The notes below the pieces were generated by a model. It was not told the DNA's origin and made no database searches. It was given only the letters and a program-made list of their open reading frames with translations. From contig CAVTTL010000001.1 in NCBI GenBank assembly GCA_963737635.1, positions 1,344,001 to 1,408,000 of the forward strand: DNA of 64,000 nucleotides, read 5' to 3'. Position numbers and translations under genes: made by a program. Each line of letters begins with the position of its first letter. Within the stretch, counting starts at the first letter, position 1. This stretch comes from an uncultured Methanoregulaceae archaeon (lineage in GTDB: Archaea > Halobacteriota > Methanomicrobia > Methanomicrobiales > Methanospirillaceae). Of the stretch, positions 31,007 to 41,826 are shown piece after piece.

Positions 31007-32116
31007 TCAGATTTGGGATAGTTCCTCATCATGAGGTACCGATCGAGAGAATACTAAGAAAAAGTTGGGATTGACGATATAGACCGGAAACGTACCAAAA
31101 AGCGTCTTTTTTTCGACCTGGTAGATCTGTGCTTCGAGCAGGAGTTCGGCCGCCCTCTGCAGAGCGGAAATTCTGATATCTTCTACAGGTCCCGCGGCAC
31201 CGGAAAACCGGTCGTGTTTTCCTGTGATCTCGATCTGGCGCACGAGGCACTCGGTTTTATCTTTTGTGAACCGGCTCAGCAGATCCCGGCTGGTAATGCC
31301 ATGAATATAGCGGATTATAAAGTACAGGGTGGCAATTATCACGGCGATGGCAAGAAAAACATTCCCCAGATCCTTTAACTCCGAGACTGAGAGGATATTG
31401 CTGAAGGTCATGCCCGGGAGCAGGATGATGGTCGAGACAATACCGACAAGGGCGAGCACCGCTCCCGCGAGGAACAGGAAAGAGACCACCTGCTCCGGGA
31501 CTTTCTTTTTGATCAGGTGTTTTTTCATCCCGGAAACGTCGGAGAAAAAATCTATGGTATAGGGCTCCAGTCTCCAGACCAGGAAATAGAAGAGGATGAT
31601 CGCAACTGATTCAAAGAGAATAAGCTCGGTGTGAGAGGGCGTAAGTACCCCGGAAAGAGCCATATCGATCACCAGGATGATATCGATGGTAAAGATCAGG
31701 GCAAACCCGTAAAAGAGCGGACGGCAGTTAATAAAAAATGCATTGAGAAAGACGCGGGTGAACCTTTTTGTGCTCGTGATAATGCCGGTCGCACGCAGTC
31801 CGGCGAGATACTTGGAGATCTCTGTCTGTTGCAGGGAAGTATCCTGTAGGTTATGAGGGATAAGCAGGGTGATGAAATAGAACATAAACAGGAAGAAACT
31901 GGCGGAGATAAAGAGCAGGGGATACACCGGATTGTAGAAGAAGACGAAGATGTTTATCAGGATTGCAACACCGAGAACAACCTGGGTGACCCTGCCCGAA
32001 GTACCCATTGCGTAGAGGCACCGGTGCCGCTGCCGTTCGTCGCGGATCTCTGCCTGGAGCGTTTTATGCAGGGATGAAAAAGCTCCTGAAATTGAGAGGG
32101 GACCCTTTCTGTCCAT
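31007..32116 (-). CDS. Hypothetical polytopic membrane protein
   Basis: ATG at 32116 (MDRKGP...); about 6 hydrophobic segments. Confidence 0.7.
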   Translation of the reverse strand: MDRKGPLSISGAFSSLHKTLQAEIRDERQRHRCLYAMGTSGRVTQVVLGVAILINIFVFFYNPVYPLLFISASFFLFMFYFITLLIPHNLQDTSLQQTEISKYLAGLRATGIITSTKRFTRVFLNAFFINCRPLFYGFALIFTIDIILVIDMALSGVLTPSHTELILFESVAIILFYFLVWRLEPYTIDFFSDVSGMKKHLIKKKVPEQVVSFLFLAGAVLALVGIVSTIILLPGMTFSNILSVSELKDLGNVFLAIAVIIATLYFIIRYIHGITSRDLLSRFTKDKTECLVRQIEITGKHDRFSGAAGPVEDIRISALQRAAELLLEAQIYQVEKKTLFGTFPVYIVNPNFFLVFSRSVPHDEELSQI

Positions 32117-32230
32117 GGCGATCTTTTCCGGAAACTGCCGGATCAGGTGATGCTTTTTAGATCGTTTCTTTAAGTACTTATCTGAGAGGCAAGGGTATAT
32201 TGTTTCCCGGCGAATTGTAGTACGAGGATT

Positions 32231-32827
32231 ATGAAAAAATCTGAGAAAGTGAAAGGCAAGGAGAATGTGGCTGCACAAAAACAGCAGTATAAAACGGTGG
32301 GAATCATTGCGGTTGTGGTAATCGTCGTCATTTGTGCCGCAGTGTATATCTTCGTCTCCACCCAGTCAGCTGGAGCGGCAGTCGGGGATACCGTTAGTGT
32401 TACGTACACCGGGATGTTTGATAACAAGACGGTTTTCGACTCGAATGTAAATTCAACCCCGCTGACCTTCACGATTGGAGGTGGCCAGATGATTGCCGGT
32501 TTTGATGCCGCTGTCCGGGGAATGAAAGTGAACGGGGAAAGGATTGTTACCATACCGGATGCCTATACCTATAACCCGCAGCTTGTTGCGATAGTCCCCC
32601 TGAGCCAGTTTCCGGCAAATCAGACACTCACACCTGGAGAAAAAATGTACGAACGGTCACAGGACGGTAGTGCAAGGATTGTTACCATCGTCAATGTCAC
32701 CTCCGCAGGAGTGGCCATAGATGCAAATAACCCGCTCGTGGGTCAGAACCTCACCTTTGATATTAAGCTCCTGAGTATTACGAAGGGAAGTACCCAAAGC
32801 GCTGTGGCCGCGCTACCTACTTCCTGA
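32231..32827 (+). CDS. Membrane-anchored FKBP-type peptidyl-prolyl isomerase (SlyD-like IF insert)
   Basis: N-terminal TM; GDTVSVTYTG, FDS, GQMIAGFD, DANNPLVGQNLTFDI. Confidence 0.88.
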   Translation: MKKSEKVKGKENVAAQKQQYKTVGIIAVVVIVVICAAVYIFVSTQSAGAAVGDTVSVTYTGMFDNKTVFDSNVNSTPLTFTIGGGQMIAGFDAAVRGMKVNGERIVTIPDAYTYNPQLVAIVPLSQFPANQTLTPGEKMYERSQDGSARIVTIVNVTSAGVAIDANNPLVGQNLTFDIKLLSITKGSTQSAVAALPTS

Positions 32828-32892
32828 ACCTTTTTTAGAGCTTTTTCACACAGTACCGGAGATTGTTACTTCCGCGAATTTGCAAAAAACGA

Positions 32893-32964
32893 TGGGCCCG
32901 GCCGGATTCGAACCGGCGACCTCCGCCGTGTAAGGGCGACGTCATACCGCTAGACCACGAGCCC
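32893..32964 (-). tRNA. tRNA-Val(UAC), no intron, CCA not encoded
   Basis: GGGCTCGTGGTCTAGCGGTATGACGTCGCCCTTACACGGCGGAGGTCGCCGGTTCGAATCCGGCCGGGCCCA folds as a cloverleaf with anticodon TAC; AT-rich TATA-like boxes upstream. Confidence 0.96.
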
Positions 32965-33074
32965 GATAACCTACTTATGTCAGATTTAAACCTATTAAAA
33001 CCGTCTGTATATGTTCATGAAAATTGGCTTTGGCACATCCGATAATGTAACCGAACCGAAAAATTGTGGTGAAT

Positions 33075-33971
33075 TTATTCTTTCTTGAGTTTGATATCGA
33101 TGCCGTACTTTTCGGCATTTTTGTCAGCCATTGTCTGGATCGCAGCGATTTCGACGTCCTGTCGTTTTGGCTTGAACAGGTGGCGGAACCTCTTCTGGGT
33201 CTTGAGGTACTCCTCAACCGGTTTCCTGATTACTTTTTTGACCTTGGTCACTTTTCCCTCTACCATCTCATAGTTTACCCAGAGCCCGGTCTCGATAGCA
33301 AGCTTGGCGATCGCGAGCGTCTGTTCGCCTTCAAATCCCCAGCCGGTGCAGCAGGGTACGTGGATTTGCACATACGTCGGCCCGGTCGTATTGATCGCTT
33401 TCTCTATCTTCTGGACCAGATCGTTTGGATATGCAATTGATGCTGTCGCTACATAGGGTGAGCCGTGGGCTGCAAGGATCGCCGGCATGTCTTTTTTAGG
33501 CCGCTTGTTCCCAAACGACTGTGATCCGGCCGGGCTTGTGGTCGTGCTGGCATCGTAGGGAGTAGCCCCGGACCGCTGGATACCGGTGTTCATGTAGGCC
33601 TCATTATCGTAGCAGATGTAGGTGATATCGTGGCCGCGTTCAAACGCCCCGCTGATGCAGATCATCCCGATATCGAAGGTCGCCCCGTCGCCCGCCATTA
33701 CAATAACGTTCTCTTTTCTTCCCTGCTTTTTGAGTGCCGATTCAATACCGGAAGCGACCGCTGAAGCATTCTCGAAGAGCGAGTGGATCCACGGCACTTT
33801 CCATGCCGTTTCGGGATACGGAGTGGAGAATACTTCCATACAACCGGTCGAAGAGACCACGATCGTATCGGTGCCCGCAGCCTTGAGCATCAGCCGGGCC
33901 GCAAGAGCCGCCCCGCATCCCCCGCAGGCACGGTGCCCGCAGTCGAAGAGTTCACAGGATTTATCTGCCAT
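33075..33971 (-). CDS. porB: Pyruvate:ferredoxin oxidoreductase beta subunit
   Basis: [12 protein letters not shown]...[16 protein letters not shown] motif, PCCTGW. Confidence 0.93.
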   Translation of the reverse strand: MADKSCELFDCGHRACGGCGAALAARLMLKAAGTDTIVVSSTGCMEVFSTPYPETAWKVPWIHSLFENASAVASGIESALKKQGRKENVIVMAGDGATFDIGMICISGAFERGHDITYICYDNEAYMNTGIQRSGATPYDASTTTSPAGSQSFGNKRPKKDMPAILAAHGSPYVATASIAYPNDLVQKIEKAINTTGPTYVQIHVPCCTGWGFEGEQTLAIAKLAIETGLWVNYEMVEGKVTKVKKVIRKPVEEYLKTQKRFRHLFKPKRQDVEIAAIQTMADKNAEKYGIDIKLKKE

Positions 33972-33973
33972 GA

Positions 33974-35128
33974 TCAGAGCACCTCTTTACGCAGGCCCAC
34001 AAAAATACCGCCCTGTCCCTTCCCGGCAAGGGTGACGACTTCCCGGATATCGTTCTTCCTCACATCCCTTCCGCCAAGACCGATGACGTAATCGTAGATA
34101 AGAACCCCGGACCCGTAGAGGGCGTCCTTGACTTCTAATGCGACCGCGCCTTTCGCGCCAAGGGAGATGTTTTTATCAAGCACCGCAACCCGTTGTGCGC
34201 CTGTCAGTGCCTTTGCCACTTCTTCTGAGGGGAACGGGCGGAACACCCGGATCTTTAACAGACCTACCTTCACCCCTTCGGCCCGCAGATCGTCAATCGT
34301 GTCTTTGATGGTGCCGCAGATCGACCCCATCGCGACGATCACGGTCTCTGCATCCTCGATCCGGTAACCCTCGACCATTGCGCTGTAGTCCCGGCCAAAC
34401 AGCTTCTTAAACTCTGCGCCGGCGGTCTGGATCACGGACTTTGCATCCTTGAGGGCCTTATCGGTCTCGTACCGGAATTCGAGGTAATAATCGGGAGTTG
34501 CATACATCCCGAAACTTATCGGATCGGCAGCGTCAAGCCGTTCCTTGGGGGCAAACTTCGGGAGATACGTGTCGGCATCTTCCTGCGAGATCATGTCCAC
34601 CGGCTCATAGGTATGGGAGAGGATGAACCCGTCAAAACAGACCATAGCCGGGAGCAGGACTGTCGGGTCCTCCGCCACCCGGTAGGCAATATAATGGAGA
34701 TCGGTTGCCTCCTGGTTATCTTCCGCATAAAACTGGAGCCAGCCGGAGTCGCGCAGAGCAATGGAGTCCTGCTGGTCGTTCCAGATGGAGAGCGGTGCCC
34801 CCAGTGCACGGTTGGCAATGGTCATGACAATGGGCAGGCGCATCCCGGCAACGTTGAAACAGACCTCGAACATCAGCGCAAGCCCCTGGGAGGTGGTCGC
34901 AGAGTAGGTCCTCGACCCCGCGGCACTAGCCCCAAGGCAGGCGGAGAGTGCGGAGAATTCGCTGTCGACTGTGAGGTAGTCGGCATCCAGTTTCCCGTTA
35001 GCCACCATATCAGCAAGCGCTTCGACGATATGTGTCTGGGGAGTGATCGGGTACGCGGAAACGACCTGCGGACGGCAGAGCCGCACGGCCTCGGCGACTG
35101 CGTGCGAGCCTTCGGTGATTTCAAGCAT
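33974..35128 (-). CDS. porA: Pyruvate:ferredoxin oxidoreductase alpha subunit
   Basis: [23 protein letters not shown]. Confidence 0.93.
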   Translation of the reverse strand: MLEITEGSHAVAEAVRLCRPQVVSAYPITPQTHIVEALADMVANGKLDADYLTVDSEFSALSACLGASAAGSRTYSATTSQGLALMFEVCFNVAGMRLPIVMTIANRALGAPLSIWNDQQDSIALRDSGWLQFYAEDNQEATDLHYIAYRVAEDPTVLLPAMVCFDGFILSHTYEPVDMISQEDADTYLPKFAPKERLDAADPISFGMYATPDYYLEFRYETDKALKDAKSVIQTAGAEFKKLFGRDYSAMVEGYRIEDAETVIVAMGSICGTIKDTIDDLRAEGVKVGLLKIRVFRPFPSEEVAKALTGAQRVAVLDKNISLGAKGAVALEVKDALYGSGVLIYDYVIGLGGRDVRKNDIREVVTLAGKGQGGIFVGLRKEVL

Positions 35129-35389
35129 CTACTTCTCCTCCTGTATCATGGTGATCGCTTTTTTCGGGCACTCCTCTGCGCACATGCCACAGCCCTTACA
35201 ATAGGCATAATCGGGGTCGAAGAAACCCTCGGCGTCTTCCGCGATGCATCCCTCGGGGCAGATGATCTGGCATGTACCGCACTTGGAGCACTTTTCATGA
35301 TCGAAGACCGGTTTGAAGACCCGCCATGACCCGGTCTTGTTGTCCCGCCCTTTTCCGGGACGGGCACGACACCCTACCGCGAGCGCCAT
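35129..35389 (-). CDS. porD: Pyruvate:ferredoxin oxidoreductase delta subunit
   Basis: KTGSWR plus two CxxCxxCxxxCP motifs. Confidence 0.93.
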   Translation of the reverse strand: MALAVGCRARPGKGRDNKTGSWRVFKPVFDHEKCSKCGTCQIICPEGCIAEDAEGFFDPDYAYCKGCGMCAEECPKKAITMIQEEK

Positions 35390-35934
35390 TATGCAGCCGC
35401 CCCCTTAACACTCTCGAACGCCTGGCGGGCGGCCTCGATATTCTTCTCTGCCAGTTCTTTTGGGAACCGGTGGAAGAGCGCATTTTTGAGCGCGTCAAAC
35501 TTGATCTCCCCGGTTGCGGCAGCAAATGCTCCCATGAGAGTGGTGTTTGTGATGGGAAGGCCGATCACCTTGAGGGCGACGGAGGTCGCATCGATGGTGA
35601 TCAGTTTAACGCCCTCGGGGATCTTGTAATCCGGTGCCTTCTCAGTATTGACAATAACGATCCCGCCCTTCTTTACCCCAGAAAAAACATTCACGTCTTT
35701 TATGAGCGTGCTATCCTGGACGATAATATAATCCGGCTCGTAGACCTGGCTCCGCAGCCGGATCTTCCGGTCATCGAACCGTACGAATGCCTGGACCGGA
35801 GCGCCGCGCCGTTCGACCCCGAACGCCGGAAACGCCTGTGAAAAAACGCCTCCTTCGAATGCAGCAACAGCAATGAGTTCCGCAGCGGTGACCGATCCCT
35901 GGCCCCCTCTGCCGTGGATACGTAGTTCTCTCAA
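35389..35934 (-). CDS. porC: Pyruvate:ferredoxin oxidoreductase gamma subunit
   Basis: RIHGRGGQG and FGVERRGAPV; TTG start. Confidence 0.93.
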   Translation of the reverse strand: MRELRIHGRGGQGSVTAAELIAVAAFEGGVFSQAFPAFGVERRGAPVQAFVRFDDRKIRLRSQVYEPDYIIVQDSTLIKDVNVFSGVKKGGIVIVNTEKAPDYKIPEGVKLITIDATSVALKVIGLPITNTTLMGAFAAATGEIKFDALKNALFHRFPKELAEKNIEAARQAFESVKGAAA

Positions 35935-36146
35935 AGGAAAAATCCCCCAGCAATGTTACTTGATAAATAACGAACCAGTTATGTAAAGTATCGTGACTTT
36001 ACACACGGTAGTTCATCCCACTCTACCTCAAGATTTTGCAGAGTACTATGGCCATTTATCATTATTAATTATGTTGATCTCTCTCTAAAACTGAAAGGGG
36101 GCTTTCATGCACAGCATCCTGCCCAAAACAGAGCGAGGAGCCCCCG

Positions 36147-36321
36147 TTACTCATCTTCAACTACCAGCACCCCCCATTCATGTGTTATCCCCGGTATTTT
36201 TCAAACGGAAGATAAACTCAGTGCCTTTATCTGCCCGGACTTGGAGCTCCGCCAGGAGCTGGTGGCGGGTGAGGAAGTTCACCAGCTTGAGGCGGAACGA
36301 TTTTGTTTTTTCATTAACCAC
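36147..36321 (-). pseudogene. Vestige of a histidine kinase C-terminus and a response-regulator N-terminus
   Basis: 36321-36178 reads KTKSFRLKLVNFLTRHQLLAELQVRADKGTEFIFRL (HATPase_c tail). It overlaps ATG AAT ... VLVVEDE*. Confidence 0.5.
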
Positions 36322-36328
36322 TATACGT

Positions 36329-37207
36329 CTAAAGATCTACACCGAGACCAAGAATAGTCTCTGCCCCGGAAAAGACGTCGCGGGCAAGTCGTGCCAGACC
36401 CTGGGACGCACACCATTCATCGTACACGGCCACATCGGTGCCAAGGAGCGATTCCACTTCGGGGGCGATAAGAGGGGCAAGCGTACCGGCAAGCGCAACC
36501 CGCGCGCGTGGGTTGAGCAGCAGGAGGGCGGCGCACTCCATGGCCGAAAACATGGCGACGGTCCTTACGCGGAGAGTATCTTCGTCGGGAAGAGTATAGT
36601 CCACCCCGGCCCGCTGGAACGCCTCGTTTGCGGTGCATTTCCCCTCGTCGATCCGGCGGATGGCATCGACGTCGAGCGCACCATGCCGGGTGCCGGGGGC
36701 AAAGATGCAGGCGTCAAAAGCACCGATCAGTCGTCCTGCCGATACCAGAAGGGTCACGGTGTTGGAACTTGCATCGGAGACCACGACATCGTCACCCAGA
36801 TCGTTGCAGACCTCAAATGCGATCCCTATCTTCTCCGGGCTGGACTGGTGGGAGTAGACTTTGAACCGGGGATCGGTCGGGGAACCCCGGTGCAGGCCGG
36901 GAATGACAACGGCGGGAATACCGCTTTTTTTGATCTCGTCAAAGACCTTTGTTCCCCCGCCGATATGTTTGCCTGCCCCCTCGCGGCTGACAACTCCCCG
37001 GTTTGTTACCTTCTCAATCCGTGTGATCTTTGAGAAGTTGTCGCCCATCGAATACGACAGGGCGATGCCTTCGATCTCGTCAGGCGGGCAGAGACGGTCG
37101 AGGTCAGCACAGGTAAACCCGGTAGCCTCTTCACGCGACAGTTTGAACCGGTCTTTTTCTGATGCAAAACGTATGGCTGTCGTGCCGTGGTCAATCCCGA
37201 TGAACAT
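36329..37207 (-). CDS. Methanogenesis marker protein 12 (UPF0285, ASKHA fold)
   Basis: MFIGIDHGTT, YSMGD, GAG..IGGGT, PGLH, YSH.SSPEK, DASSNTV. Confidence 0.85.
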   Translation of the reverse strand: MFIGIDHGTTAIRFASEKDRFKLSREEATGFTCADLDRLCPPDEIEGIALSYSMGDNFSKITRIEKVTNRGVVSREGAGKHIGGGTKVFDEIKKSGIPAVVIPGLHRGSPTDPRFKVYSHQSSPEKIGIAFEVCNDLGDDVVVSDASSNTVTLLVSAGRLIGAFDACIFAPGTRHGALDVDAIRRIDEGKCTANEAFQRAGVDYTLPDEDTLRVRTVAMFSAMECAALLLLNPRARVALAGTLAPLIAPEVESLLGTDVAVYDEWCASQGLARLARDVFSGAETILGLGVDL

Positions 37208-37246
37208 AGCAGTAATCCTATAGCATGGGTTACATAATAGGTATTG

Positions 37247-38179
37247 ATGTTTGTCGTAGTGACCGGCGGCGCCGGTTTCATAGGCTCCCATCTGGTTGAC
37301 ACGCTCGTTGCAGAGGGCAACGAAGTGCTCGTCATCGATTCTCTCTGCGCCGGGCGCCGCGAGACGATCGCCCGGCATATCGACGATTACAAGGTCAGGT
37401 TTGTCCAGTTCGACCTGCTTGATGATGGCTGGCAGGAACACCTCGAAGGGGCAGACCGGCTTTTCCATCTTGCAGCGGATCCGGATGTCCGGCAGAGCGC
37501 GATCAGCCCAGACCCTACCATGCAGAATAATATCATGGCCACCTATCGGGTGCTCGAAGCGATGCGCCTGCACGCCGTCCCGGAACTGGTGTTCACCTCA
37601 ACCTCTACAGTCTATGGCGATGCAAAAGTCATCCCTACTCCGGAGGATTACGCTCCGATGCTTCCCATTTCAGTCTATGGGGCGAGCAAGCTTGCCTGCG
37701 AGGCGCTGATCTCTTCGTACTGCCACTCCTTTGGCATGAAATCATGGATATACCGGTTTGCAAATATCGTTGGCGAGCGCAGTGGTCATGGCGTAATCAC
37801 GGATTTTGTACGAAAACTCAAAGAAAACCCGGCAGAGCTTGAGATTCTCGGGGATGGGAAACAGGTCAAGTCCTACCTCGAAGTTCATGAATGTGTTGCC
37901 GCCATGCTCTTTGCGTTACGGTCGCGGGACACGGTCAACATCTTCAATATCGGCTCTGAGGACTGGATTGACGTACGGAGTATAGCGGAGATCGTGGCCG
38001 AGGAAATGCAGCTCCCTGATGTAAAATTCCGGTTTACGGGAGGCGAACGCGGCTGGGTGGGCGATGTGCCCCGGATGCAGTTATCCATTGATCGGATCAA
38101 AAGCCGGCGCTGGAAGCCTGAGCTCGGATCGCGGGAGAGTGTCAGGCTTGCGACACGCGATCTCCTCAAAGCGTTGTGA
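37247..38179 (+). CDS. NAD-dependent epimerase/dehydratase (UDP-glucose 4-epimerase-like)
   Basis: TGGAGFIGSH, STSTVYG, YGASK, GW.GDV. Confidence 0.9.
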   Translation: MFVVVTGGAGFIGSHLVDTLVAEGNEVLVIDSLCAGRRETIARHIDDYKVRFVQFDLLDDGWQEHLEGADRLFHLAADPDVRQSAISPDPTMQNNIMATYRVLEAMRLHAVPELVFTSTSTVYGDAKVIPTPEDYAPMLPISVYGASKLACEALISSYCHSFGMKSWIYRFANIVGERSGHGVITDFVRKLKENPAELEILGDGKQVKSYLEVHECVAAMLFALRSRDTVNIFNIGSEDWIDVRSIAEIVAEEMQLPDVKFRFTGGERGWVGDVPRMQLSIDRIKSRRWKPELGSRESVRLATRDLLKAL

Positions 38180-38189
38180 AGGGGTTTTT

Positions 38190-39341
38190 ATGAAATGCAT
38201 CCTGATTCTCGGGGATGGCATGGCTGACGAGCCGATCCCGCATCTTGAAGGAAAAACCCCTCTTGAATATGCACAGACGCCGCACCTGGACCAGATGGTC
38301 CAGGAGGGCGCGTGTGGCATGCTCCGCACGATTCCTGAAGGTTTCGAGCCGGGAAGCGATATTGCGAATATGTCTATTCTCGGCTACGCCCCGGAGAAGT
38401 ATTATACCGGCAGGGGGCCGCTTGAGGCGCTGAGTATGGGAATCGATCTCGCACCTTCCGATGTCGCCTACCGGTGCAACATCGTGACGGTTAAAGATGA
38501 GATAATGGCAGATTTTTCCGCGGGCCATATCTCCAGTGCCGAAGGTGCCGCACTCCTTGCGGCGCTTGCCCCCCATGTGCCTGACGTTGTCGTAAAAGCC
38601 GGGGTCAGCTACCGCAACCTTCTGCTCGTTCCTCACGGTTCAGTGGCGGATTCGACGGCGCCGCACGATATCGTGGGGCAGTCAATCGCCGGGTACCTGC
38701 CCCGGAACGGGGATGCAGAGCTTCTCATTTCCTGTATGGAAACGAGCCGCAACGTGTTCAGGGGGCATCCGGTGAACGTGGCTCGGGTAAAGGCGGGCAA
38801 ACCCCCGGCGACGCAGATCTGGCCGTGGAGCGGAGGACGGCGCCCGGCATTTCCCCCGTTCTCCCAAAAATACCACCGTACCGGAGGCATGATATCGGCA
38901 GTCGATCTCCTCAACGGCCTCGCCCGGTGTGCAGGGATGGAAGTCATCACGGTCCCCGGCGCCACGGGATATTTCGATACGGATTACCTGGCAAAGGCCC
39001 GGTATGCTCTTGAGGCGATCAAGCATCTCGATTTTGTGTATGTCCATATCGAGGCCCCGGATGAGGCCGGGCACCTTGGCAGTATCGAGGAAAAAGTCCG
39101 GGCCATTGAGAACGTGGATAACGTCGTGGGCGCAATCCGGGAGGCATTTGACGGTATCGTCGCCGTCCTTCCGGATCACCCGACGCCGATCCGGATCAAG
39201 ACGCATTCCCGAGAACCGGTGCCCTTTGCGGTGACCGGGAAGGGTACTGACGGGTGTATGCGTTTCACTGAGAAAGAAGCACGGTCCGGGCTGTTTGGGA
39301 CAAAAGAAGCGACAGACTTCCTGTCGTTTTTATTTTCCTGA
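38190..39341 (+). CDS. apgM: Cofactor-independent phosphoglycerate mutase
   Basis: GDGMAD, TPLE, GSD.AN, GRGPLEA, EAPDEAGH, DHPTP. Confidence 0.92.
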   Translation: MKCILILGDGMADEPIPHLEGKTPLEYAQTPHLDQMVQEGACGMLRTIPEGFEPGSDIANMSILGYAPEKYYTGRGPLEALSMGIDLAPSDVAYRCNIVTVKDEIMADFSAGHISSAEGAALLAALAPHVPDVVVKAGVSYRNLLLVPHGSVADSTAPHDIVGQSIAGYLPRNGDAELLISCMETSRNVFRGHPVNVARVKAGKPPATQIWPWSGGRRPAFPPFSQKYHRTGGMISAVDLLNGLARCAGMEVITVPGATGYFDTDYLAKARYALEAIKHLDFVYVHIEAPDEAGHLGSIEEKVRAIENVDNVVGAIREAFDGIVAVLPDHPTPIRIKTHSREPVPFAVTGKGTDGCMRFTEKEARSGLFGTKEATDFLSFLFS

Positions 39342-39502
39342 ATTTTTGATGGAGTGTGGCATTAGTCCCCTGCAGCATCACCGTTTTACCCAAAAAAATG
39401 TTCATCGGGACACAAATATCCCATCGGTTTGACTTCCAAAAAAACCGCAGTTATGACAAGGTTTATGCAAAAATCTGCTCCATATAGCCACTGTTGGATT
39501 TC

Positions 39503-40024
39503 ATGAAAGCATTTGTTCTCTGCCCCGGTATCTGTATTCTCCTCCTGATCGCTGCTATAACGGTGGCAGGATGCATCTCAAACGAAAAATTACCGGGAAC
39601 TCCCCCGGCTGTGACAGAGATTTCCTCGACAATAACCGGGGAACCCTCTGCAAACACGACCTCATGCCCGATTCCCTCGTTATCTTTCAATGATACCCAG
39701 GAAAAAACAATAATACGGTACGGTTTCAGCCTGACAAACGCCAGCCCTGACTACCAGATACCCTATGGATCCATCATCTACCATGCACCAGACGGGACCA
39801 CGAGGGTTTTTGATCAGGATGGGAGACAGCTGCTTATTGCCAATGATTCTGACAGCATGTCCCCCACACCCGGTGGCTATAAACCTGCCACCCGGGTTCT
39901 TGGCACCCCGAACGGGGCTCTCATTATGGGTGGGGGAAACATGACCCACATATATCTTAACGGAACGTGCATCGCGACCGTTATAGATGCAACCGCTGCT
40001 CCCACGTCAGCAGATCACTCCTGA
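39503..40024 (+). CDS. Secreted/lipoprotein-like hypothetical protein
   Basis: Hydrophobic signal ending AGC followed by a P/T/S-rich linker. Confidence 0.65.
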   Translation: MKAFVLCPGICILLLIAAITVAGCISNEKLPGTPPAVTEISSTITGEPSANTTSCPIPSLSFNDTQEKTIIRYGFSLTNASPDYQIPYGSIIYHAPDGTTRVFDQDGRQLLIANDSDSMSPTPGGYKPATRVLGTPNGALIMGGGNMTHIYLNGTCIATVIDATAAPTSADHS

Positions 40025-40105
40025 TTTTACCACGGAGAATCTTAAAGAGGCTGTGGGGACAATACTGGATATCTCAACGAGAATACTGCACGAGGACTGT
40101 ATATC

Positions 40106-40822
40106 ATGAGCACAATACCCCCATTTAAGATCAAGCTCTATGCGGATGGTGCCGATCTCGACGGCATGATCGAGGAGTACAAAAAAGGGATCGCAAGCGG
40201 TTTTACGACCAACCCGACCCTTATGAAAAAAGCCGGGGTCAAAAGTTACGAAGATTTCGCAAAGGCTGCCCTCAAAGCGATTCCGGACCTCCCCATCTCA
40301 TTCGAAGTTTTTTCTGATGACCTGCCCGGGATGGAACGCGAAGCCCGGAAGATCGCTGGCTGGGGAAAGAACGTCTATATCAAGATCCCGGTGACCAACA
40401 CCAAAGGCGAAAGCACAGCACCGCTCGTGAAAAAACTCTCCCACGACGGTTTGAAACTGAATGTTACCGCTATCCTGACCCTCGACCAGGTAAAGACCGT
40501 GGCAAAGGCCCTTTCCCCGGATACTCCGAGCATCGTTTCGGTGTTTGCCGGTCGTATCGCGGATACCGGAAGAGACCCGATGCCGATCATGAAAGATGCC
40601 GTGAAGATCCTCAAGCCCTTGCCGAAAACTGAACTGCTCTGGGCAAGCACCCGCGAGCTGCTGAACCTCATCCAGACTGAGTCCTGCGGCTGTCACATCA
40701 TCACGATCACGAATGATATCTTAAAGAAGGTCCCGCAGGTGGGTAAAGATCTCAGCCAGTTGTCACTCGAGACCGTGCAGATGTTTTACTCCGATGCGCA
40801 GAGTGCCGGATATAAAATTTAA
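40106..40822 (+). CDS. tal: Short transaldolase
   Basis: LYADGAD, GFTTNPT, SFEV, YIKIP (Schiff-base Lys), NVTA, SVFAGRIAD. Confidence 0.88.
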   Translation: MSTIPPFKIKLYADGADLDGMIEEYKKGIASGFTTNPTLMKKAGVKSYEDFAKAALKAIPDLPISFEVFSDDLPGMEREARKIAGWGKNVYIKIPVTNTKGESTAPLVKKLSHDGLKLNVTAILTLDQVKTVAKALSPDTPSIVSVFAGRIADTGRDPMPIMKDAVKILKPLPKTELLWASTRELLNLIQTESCGCHIITITNDILKKVPQVGKDLSQLSLETVQMFYSDAQSAGYKI

Positions 40823-40933
40823 TTGAAAACTTGAAACTTTTTTAAGGAATACATTGGATGACGTTGATCTTGTAGATGGTTTATGTGCTGATTTAATTCG
40901 CATGGTCTTTGACACATAAACCCAAGTAAGAAT

Positions 40934-41826
40934 TTAGGACAAATGGATTTCACTATTTTTAAAACTCGCCAATCTCTGTCTAGCTAGATTCAAGTACTGG
41001 TGCAATCTTACATCAACAAACATCATTACCATTGACAATGCTACCACATACATCAAATAAATGGGGATGCCTGCCGTTCTTCCGATTGGTAATAGAGGGA
41101 ATTGTACTAAAAAAACATAAAAACTGAGTTCCCCGAAATACGAGATAATTCCTGTTTTATCTATGTATTTTGGATACCACGATTGTTTAACGATAAAGAT
41201 GCCCAAGCCGAAATAAAAAAGATCATCTAATGGAAACCAAAATACACCCATAGCATCCAGAATTCCAGTAAGAATGTGTGTATTTATATAATATGTTGAA
41301 CATGCACTAATAACAAAAAGGCATGCCAATGTCACGTATGGGTTACTATTAATTGCACGGCTAAGGAACGGGTAAATGAGATAATATAAAACGAAGATCC
41401 CTATGCACCACCCGGCATTATTTAATGGCCCTCCCAGTTTCCGTTTCCCGTGAAAGCATTAAACCCGGAAAACTGCCAGAATAAATTCCCAAGGTTAGTG
41501 TTGTTAGAATATAGAAGTAACATTGCTCCCAATAAAAGACTCATCCAATATGCAGGAAAAATTCGCAACAACCTACGGATTTCAAAACGGATGTACGATA
41601 TACTTGAATCTATATGTGATTTATTTAGTTCCAATACCGCTCCACTGACGAATAAAAATATCTGAACCCCGATAATTCCCATCCCAAGATAAACTAATTC
41701 GCCAAGCCAAATGTCGGGCCCATCGCGAACGCCGAAGATATTAATATAGATATGACACGCAACTACGAGGCATATTGCCAAAATACGCAGAAAATCAAAA
41801 AAAATTAATCTTGGTTTAGATGACAT
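40934..41826 (-). CDS. Acyltransferase-3 (OafA-like) O-acyltransferase (frameshift near 41431)
   Basis: FDFLR..AI..VV..H, F.FVSG and RR..RI.PAYW. Restoring one G gives WGGPLNNAGWCIG...YPFL, which joins ORF 40934..41335. Confidence 0.82.

Noticed and set aside
32893-32964. tRNA-Val as an integration site
   Set aside because: No integrase and no duplicated tRNA 3' end seen in the window.
37208-37573. N-terminal extension of marker 12 in the ORF track (similar extensions for endA, apgM, EamA and 31007..32278)
   Set aside because: The extensions overlap neighbouring genes or promoters; family motifs begin at the downstream starts used here.
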